Assembly: GCA_023245195.1 (NCBI GenBank)
Contig: JAHFKU010000001.1
Location: 27,662-91,661, forward strand
From: Candidatus Staskawiczbacteria bacterium
GTDB taxonomy: Bacteria; Patescibacteriota; Minisyncoccia; Minisyncoccales; Staskawiczbacteraceae
Length of the DNA: 64,000 nucleotides
Reading direction: 5' to 3'
Shown: positions 44,901-53,900 of the stretch, one piece after another
Position numbering within the stretch: position 1 is the stretch's first letter
Layout: the number at the start of each line of letters is the position of its first letter
The notes under the pieces: generated by a model
Told to the model about the DNA's origin: nothing
The model's database searches: none
The model's input: only the letters and a program-made list of their open reading frames with translations
Made by a program: the position numbers and the translations under genes

Positions 44901-47900
44901 ACTACCACCGCCACGGGAGCCGGAGGAATCACTGTTACTGGTGCAACAACCGTAGCCGCAAATCAAACACTAGATGCCGGATCTAAAACATGGAATTTAA
45001 CCGGATCTGTATCTACTATTACCTTTCGCGCAGAAGCCCAGGATATTAATACTGGTACTAATTGTAATCCCGGTGAACCAGCGGGTACCGTTGCCAATGA
45101 TTTATTGGTAGGAATGGTTTGGGTTGGTTCTGCCGCAGGTACCACGCCAAGTATGCCCACGGGATGGACTTCTTTATATAGCGGTATTTCTTCTAATAAT
45201 GATTGGAGATATAACGTTGGCTATATAGTGCGTGGCAGTTCAGCTGCTGCTACCACATTTACTAATACTAATCACTATCGTGAATGTTTTATTATTGGTT
45301 TCTCTGGCGTTAGTACTACAGGTACCATCGATGCCCAATCTTCTAGTGGCACTTTGAGTAATGCGAGTGCTCATAACCCGGATCCGCCAGCTGTAACTGC
45401 GGTATCATCTGCTGCAATGGCGATTGCATTGGGATGGAATGAAGCTGGTAACGCAGGGCCGGGAACTACCAACTGGACCGCACCGACAAACTATACTATG
45501 AGGTCAACTGATCCAAGTAATGGAAATGGAGTTGCTATAGCAAGTCGTCTTTTGACTAGTTCAGGTAGCGAAAATCCCTCTGCTTTTGGAAACGTAGGTT
45601 CGGGTACCACTGATTATTGGGATGGGGCAACATTTACCCTTACTCCCGCAACACTTACTCCACTAACCGTTAACGGCACTTTCACGGCCAGCACCTCAAC
45701 GGTCGCTTTTCAAAATGATATGGCTTTAACCATTCCCGCATTAACGTATTATAATCTCACCCTCACCCCCACCATCACCGCCGCCCGCACCTACACCTTC
45801 GCCGGCGCCACCACCGTCAGTAACAACCTAGATATCAACCCCACCGCTTCTTCCGCCCTGGCTCTGACCGCGAACCTTGGAGGAACCACTACGGTTACTG
45901 GCAGTATTACTATTGAAGGCACGACATCAGGAACCTCAAAGCTGGATACGGTATCGGGCTCTAATTATTCTCTTACCGCTGCTTCTATTAATATTACTTC
46001 CGCCGGCACGTTTACTCCCCAGGCTTCCACGGTTACTCTAACCGGAACCTCGGGAACCCTTTTTACTAAGGCTGGCACGTTCACCGTTGCCACTTCTACG
46101 TTCGTTGTCACCTCTTCTTCTGGCCAGCCATCGCTGTTATCAGCTGCTACCACGTTCCACATTTTAAAAATTAATACCACCGGAGGTTCCACGGTTATTA
46201 ACGCCAATCAAACCATTACCATTGATGATGCTAGTGGAGCCAAGCTCTGGATTGCCGGAGGCGTGCTTAACGACTCAGGTTATGGCATTTCCACGTCTGC
46301 TTCCACAACCAATACCCTTCAAATAGATTCGGGAACTACACTGTGCCTTGGCGGAGCTTCCACGAATACTTCCACTACTTGTGATAGCAACGCCACTTCA
46401 ACTACCTCTCGCACCCTTCCTACGTTTCAAACCTATACCCTCGACTCCGCCTCCACCGTCATCTATCTTTCCAACGCCGCCACCACCGTCACTTCCAAAA
46501 CCTACGGCAACCTCAGCCTGATGCCAAAGATGACCACCGGAGTCGGAAGTCTTACTTACACCATGCCATCGAGCACCGTCAGCATCGCCGGGAACTTTAA
46601 CATTAAGCCCACCGCTTCCAACGCGAGTCTGGCTCTCACGGTCAACTTGGCCACCGCAAGTAACACCGTCACCGGCACCACCACCATCCAACCCGATTCC
46701 ACCAACAGTCCCACCGCCAAACTCGCTTCTACCTCTTCTAACTACAACCTAACCACCGGCAAGGTAGATATTGAATCCAACGGAACCTTGGATATTAATA
46801 ATTCCACTCTCACCGTCACCGGAACCTCGGGAACTCTTTTTACCAGAGTTGGCACCTTCACCATCGGAGGCACCAGTACCACCACCTTTTCGGGCAACGG
46901 AGACGCCACGTTAAATTCAGGTACGATTACCTTTGACGCGATGACCAGTTCCGGGACGGGAACAAAGACGTTGGGTAATGATATTACTACGGGAGGTGCT
47001 TTGACTATTTCAGCCGGTACGTTACAACTTTCCACATTAAGTCTTACTGCCAATTCAACCACCTCCCTCACCGGCACTCTCAACGACAACTCCGCTACCG
47101 GAACAAATCTCTTTGTCGGCGCCGTCACTATTAATAGCGGCGGAGTCTGGACCGAAACCAACAACCCCGCTTTTGAATTCAGGGGAGGATTAACCGAAAA
47201 TAGTTCTTCTGGATTTACTTCAGGAACTGGAACTTATACTTTTAGCACTAACGCTCAAACGATTTCGGGATCCCAATCTTTTACGATTACCAACCTTACT
47301 AACAGTGTTACCAGCTCAACCGGATTAACATTTTCTGGTGCTCAACCGACGGTTACCACGTTGACGCAAGGATCAAGTGCCCAATTAACTTTCAGCGGCA
47401 CCGTGCCAACCATTACCACTCTAACCGCAACGGCTTCTTCAAATACCGTTTCATATACTTCCACGAGTTCCCAGACCACCGTTGCCGCTACTTACGTTAA
47501 CTTTATAAAATCCGGCGCTGGAGGTACTGCTACTTTGGGGGGCAATACCACGTTAAATGGAACTCTTACTATTTCTTCCGGTACACTGCAGTTATCTACC
47601 GCCAACCTTTCTGTTACGGGTGCTTCGTCTATCACTGGAACTCTCAATGACAATTCTGCTACTGGAACTAATACCTTTACCGGAGCTGTTACTATTAATA
47701 GTGGCGGAGTCTGGACCGAAACTAACAACCCAGGATTTACGTTTCAAGGTGGACTGACCAATGACAGTTCATCGGGCTTTACTTCTGGTACCGGAACTTA
47801 CACGTTTGATACTAATGCGCAAACGATATCTGGTTCCCAATCCTTCACCATTACCAATCTTACCAATAATGTTACTTCTTCAACTGGACTAACTTTTTCT

Positions 47901-50900
47901 GGCGCCCAGCCGACGGTTACCACGTTGACGCAGGGATCAAGTGCTCAACTTACGTTTAGCGGCACGGTTCCAACGATTACTACTCTAACCGCAACAGCTT
48001 CGTCAAATACCGTTAGCTACACTTCCACGAGTTCCCAAACTACCATTGCCGCCACCTATGTCAACTTTGTAAAATCTGGCTCCGGCGGTACTGCCACGTT
48101 GGGAGGTGATACCGTTTTAAACGGTACTTTAACAATATCTTCGGGTAGCCTTCAGCTTTCTACTGCTAGTTTTACTGCCACCGGAGCATCGTCTATTACC
48201 GGAACTTTAAACGACAACAGTGCCACGGGAACTAACATTTTCATTGGCGCCGTCACGATTAACAGTGGCGGAGTCTGGACCGAAACTAACAATCCTGCTT
48301 TTGAATTTAGGGGAGGACTGACTAATGATAGTTCTTCTGGTTTTACTTCCGGCACCGGAACCTACACCTTCAGTACCAACGCCCAAACGATATCTGGTTC
48401 CCAATCTTTCACGATTACTAATTTGACTAACAGTGTTACCAGTTCCACCGGACTTACCTTTTCTGGTGCCCAGCCGACCGTGACCACATTAACCCAGGGA
48501 AGTAGCGCGTACCTTACTTTTTCTGGTAACACGGTTCCAACTATTACTACGCTAACAGCCACGGCTAGCGGGAATACGGTTGAATATAGTGCTGCCTCCC
48601 AAGCCATTAAAGTTGTTTCGTATGTTAATTTGACGCTAAGCGGCAGCGGTACTGCCACCGGTGCGGTTACTACCGTTACCGGAGCTTTAAATATTTCGGG
48701 AACCGTGTCTTGGTCCGCCGATGCTATTACCAGCACCATGACTAGTGTTACCGTAAATACCACTGGGACTTTAACCCTGGGAGCGAACATGGCTACCAGC
48801 GGTGCCCTTACCGTAACGAAAGGAACTTTTAGCGCATCGGGTAGCAACTATACGGTTACCGCCGCTTCGGTATCTTCAGCAAATACCAACACCCGCACGA
48901 TTACGATGGGGTCGGGCCTTTGGACATTAAATGGAACGGGAACTGTTTGGGATACTTCAACAACGACCAATCTTACCTTAACTTCTTCGGGAACGATAAA
49001 AATAACCGATACCAGCAGTACCGCAAATACTTTTTCCGGAGGAGGAGTGACATCCTTTAATAATATTTATTTTTCGCGCGGGTCAAGTACGGCTTCAAAT
49101 ACGATCGCAGGAAGCAACACCTTTGCTGATTTTAAAGATGATGGAAGCGCCGCTCATTCCATATTATTTACCACGGGCACTACTCAAACCGTAACCACGT
49201 TCACGGTTTCCGGTACTTCCGGCAATTTGATTACTATTAACAGCACCACTACCGGAACCCACACTCTTTCCAAAGCATCGGGAACGGTTTTTTCTGATTA
49301 CTTAAGTGTTCAACATTCAATTGCTACTGGCGGCGCATCTTGGTATGCAGGGTCACATAGCACCGATAATAATTCCGTAACAACTGCCGGAAGCGGTTGG
49401 ATATTTGCTAATGCCCCTTGCACCTCTTTGGCGACTGGTAATTGGAATACCGCCGGCACTTGGGATTGCGGGCATGTACCAACGACGTCAGATCCAGTCA
49501 TCGTTGCAGCAAGCCACGTGGTTACCATGGATGTAAATTCGGCTTCTTTGGGTACCATTACGATTAATGGCACGCTAAATACCAGCGATGGTACGAGCCG
49601 ATCGTTGAGCGGAACCACGTTGGCCATTGGTGCTGTTGGAACGCTTACTGCCAACGCCTCTGTCATTACTCTTTCTGGTACTTCTGGGACACTTTTTGCC
49701 ATTACATCCGGCGGTACTTTTACCAATGGTACGTCGGAAGTGGTGATAACCAGTGCCGCCGATCTTACCCTTAATTCAACCGCTACTTCTTTTTACAAAC
49801 TAACCTTCAATAATTCTGGAAATACCACAACATTGGGCGCGGCAACTACGGTAGATAATAATTTGACGATCACGGCCGGAACTTTGCAATTAAGTACTTT
49901 GGGCCTAACTGTTACCGGCACCACCTCCCTCACCGGCACCTTAAACGACAACTCCGCCACCGGAACAAATCTCTTTGTCGGCGCCGTCACTATTAATAGC
50001 GGCGGAGTCTGGACCGAAACCAACAACCCCGCTTTTGAATTCAGGGGAGGATTAACCGAAAATAGTTCTTCTGGATTTACTTCAGGAACTGGAACTTATA
50101 CTTTTAGCACTAACGCTCAAACGATTTCGGGATCCCAATCTTTTACGATTACCAACCTTACTAACAGTGTTACCAGCTCAACCGGATTAACATTTTCTGG
50201 TGCTCAACCGACGGTTACCACGTTGACGCAAGGATCAAGTGCTCAACTTACGTTTTCTGGAAGTATGCCGACGATCACCACCTTAACAGCTACCGCCAGT
50301 GGTAATACCGTCAGTTACACTTCTACCGGATCACAAACGGTTAAAGGGACGACGTATGTCAACTTAACCATTGATAAATCTGGCCAGACAGCAACCTTGG
50401 GCGGTGATACCACGGCTAATAATAATGTAACTATCACGGCTGGCACCTTAGATGCCGATAATACCAATAATTATAATCTTACGGTTGGTGGCACGTGGTC
50501 AAATTCCGGCACTTTCACTCCACGACAGGGAACATTTACTCTTACTGGCACTTCCACATTTTCTGATACCACTTCATTTTATAATTTTGCCATTAATGGT
50601 TCCGGAAAAACGGTCACCCTTGGCGGAGCTTTAACTGCTTCAAATAACTTAACTATCACCGCCGGCACCTTAGATGTTTCAGCTTCTGGTTGTTCTTCAG
50701 CTTCTTGTGCAGTTTCTGTTGGCGGCACGTGGTCAAATAGCGGTACCTTTACTGCTCGAACAGGAACCGTTACCCTCACCGGAACTTCCACATTTTCTGA
50801 TACTACTTCGTTTTATAATCTGACAATCAACGGAAGCGGAAAAACGGTCACGCTTGGAGGAGCTTTAACTGCTTCAAATAATCTAACCATCACCGCTGGA

Positions 50901-53900
50901 ATCCTGGATGTTTCAGCTTCTGGTTGTTCTTCCGCCTCTTGTGCAGTTTCTGTTGGCGGTAACTGGTCTAATTCCGGAACCTTCACCGCAAGATCCGGCA
51001 CCGTTACGTTAACTTCAACTTCAAGCAGTGCTACCTTAGATTCGGGTGGCAGCAGCTTTTACAATCTCACCCAAAATGGAACGGGTGGTACTTACACTCT
51101 GCAAGGTGGTCTTGGAACGAGCAACAATTTAACTATCACCGCCGGAACGCTGGATACCAAATCAACATTTAATTACGGAGTTTCTGTTGGCGGCACGTGG
51201 TCGCGAAGCGGTACTTTTACCGTAAGAAATGCTAATTTCACCCTTACCGGAACTTCTACGTTTTCTGACACGATGAGTTTTTATAATTTCATTATTAATG
51301 CTAGTGGCAATACGGTTACCCTCGGTGCGGCTTTAACCGCCACCAACAACTTGACTATCACTGCTGGAACCCTGGATGTCTCGGCTTCTGGCTGTTCTTC
51401 CGCTTCTTGCGCAGTTTCTGTTGGAGGAAATTGGTCAAACTCCGGAACATTTACTAAGCGCACGGGAACGGTTACCTTAACTTCCACTTCTTCGGGCGCC
51501 ACCCTAACTTCCGGCGGCAGTAGTTTTTACAACTTAACCCAAAATGGAACCGGTGGTACTTACACTCTGCAAGATGCTTTATCGGCAACTAATAACTTAA
51601 CGATTACCGCCGGAACGCTAGATACCAAAGCCAGTTCTAACTACGGCGTCACGGTTGGTGGCACCTGGTCTAATTCTGGTACCTTTACGCCACAGCAAGG
51701 AACGGTCACCTTAACCGGAACTTCTACGTTTTCTGATACCACTTCTTTTTACAATATTACTATTAATGCCAGCGGCAATACCGTCACGCTTGGCGGAGCT
51801 TTAACTGCCACCAACAACTTAACCATCACCGCCGGAACTCTGGATGCTTCCGCTAGTGGTTGTTCGTCGGCTTCATGCGCTATTTCAGTTGGAGCTAACT
51901 TTTCAAACTCTGGAACCTTTACGGCAAGAACCGGTACGGTCACCATTACTTCCACTTCTTCAGGAGCCACACTAACTTCTGGCGGCAGCAGTTTTTACAA
52001 CTTAACCCAAAATGGTTCTGGTGGAACTTATACCCTGCAAGATGCTTTAGCTACTACTAATAACTTAACCATCACAAATGGAACTTTAGATGTATCGGCT
52101 TCTAACTGTTCTTCTGCTTCTTGTTCCGTCAGTGTTGGAGGCAACTTCTCAAATGCTGGTACCTTTACCGCCCGAAGCGGAACCGTAACATTAACTTCAA
52201 CGTCAGGAAGCGCTACGCTAAGTCCCGGAGGAACTTCATTTTATAACCTCACTCAAAATGGAAGTGGTGGAACTTATACTTTACAGGGAGGCTTAGGAGT
52301 TACCAATAATTTAACCATCACTGCCGGAACATTGGATACCAAAGCCAGCTCAAACTATGGTGTTACCGTTGGCGGCACCTGGTCTCGATCAGGAACCTTT
52401 ACGGTAAGGCAATCTAACTTTACTCTTACCGGCAACAATACGTTTGCCGACACGATGAGTTTTTACAATTTCATTATTAATGGCTCGGGTAAAACCACAA
52501 CTCTTGGTGCTGCCTTAACTGCTTCAAATAACTTAACCATCACCGCTGGCACCCTGGATGTTTCAGCCAGTGGTTGTTCCTCGGCTTCGTGCTCGGTCAC
52601 GGTTGCTGGAAACTTCTCCAATTCAGGAACCTTTACCGCCCGAACTGGCACGGTTACACTTAATGGCACGAGCCAGAAAGTATTTGGTTCCACCACCTTT
52701 TATAATTTCACAAAAAATATTGCCTCGGCTTCCGCTGACACCTTAATGTTTGAAAACACCAAAACCCAAACCGGCGCTTCCGGCGGAACCTTCAGCTTAG
52801 TGGGCGCTTCCGGAAAAGTGCTTACCCTCCGATCTATGGATTCTTCTGGAACTCAGTCAGATGGTACAGAGTGGAATCTTACGGTAAACGGCAGCCAAAA
52901 TGTTACCTATGTTGACGTTAAAGATTCCAATGCCTCCGGCGGAACGGCTATCGCTCAAACCAATTCCACGAATTCGGGCAACAATACTAACTGGACATTT
53001 AACACTGCCCCGACATTTTCTTCTATTTCTAATACCTCTGGTTATATTAAATCCGGAGGCACCGTAACTTTTACTACCACCGCCAGCGACCCTGATTCTG
53101 GCGATACTGTCACTCTGTACGTCTGCAAGGCCAACGATTTTACTGGCAGTGCTTGCGGATCGGGGGGCACGTGGTGTTCTTCTTCAGCTTCCACCACCAA
53201 TCCTTCGTGTAGTTACACGGTCCAATCTTCTGATACTGACGGCTCGCACACTTATTATGGAAATATTATAGATAATAATAGTTCTCAATCTTCGTCTAAT
53301 CCAAGATCAGGTACGTTTACCACTGATTCTACCGCTCCCACGGTTGATGCGGGAACTGATCAGTCAAAATCTGCCAGCTTCACCCAAGACGCTACGGTTT
53401 CTGATGCTACAAGCGGTATCGCTAGCTACCAGTGGAGCAAGCAATCGGGAGGCGGGACAATTACCTTTGGAACCGATACGGCCGAAGATACCACTATTTC
53501 TGCCAGTGCTGCCGGCACTTATGTAATTAGGCTGACCGCAACTGATAACGCTGGCAATTCCAATTACGACGAATTTACTCTTACCTGGACAGTTACATCT
53601 TCAAGCAGTGGCGGCAGTGGTGGCGGAGGCGGATCTCATTTTAGCGCTTTAGACAAGCCTCAAGGAAACTTTTCTCTTACTATTAATAATGGGAGCAGCA
53701 TAACTGCCAGTCAGGATGTTACCTTAAATATGATCGGGGTAGGCAGTGATGTAAAAAGCATGTCAGTTTCCAATGATCAGAATTTTGCCGGCGCGATTCA
53801 AGAAGCTTATCAAACAACAAAATCTTGGAGGCTTACTGATGGAGAGGGTCTAAAAACGGTCTATGTTAAGTTTTTCACTGCCTATGGGGTGGCTTCTGAT

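Noticed and set aside
38270-47000. Diversity-generating retroelement (template/variable repeat pair) as the explanation for near-identical blocks shared by the two giant genes
   Set aside because: No reverse transcriptase gene is in the window. Mismatches between the copies are not adenine-specific (mixed C/T, A/G and G/C changes), so simple paralog divergence or gene conversion fits better.
36257-50026. Many minus-strand and alternative-frame ORFs inside the giant genes (e.g. 36257-37210, 37832-38287, 43649-44089, 46742-47164, 48362-48847, 49310-49726, 42468-43130)
   Set aside because: They are reverse-complement or shifted readings of T/S/G-rich coding DNA and give V/P/A/L-rich low-complexity products. 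They lie fully inside a much longer ORF with strong homology structure and have no independent start or terminator context.
47040-52760. CRISPR array
   Set aside because: The only regular repeats are 222-570-bp coding units inside an ORF. There are no short 25-40-bp direct repeats with unique spacers anywhere in the window.
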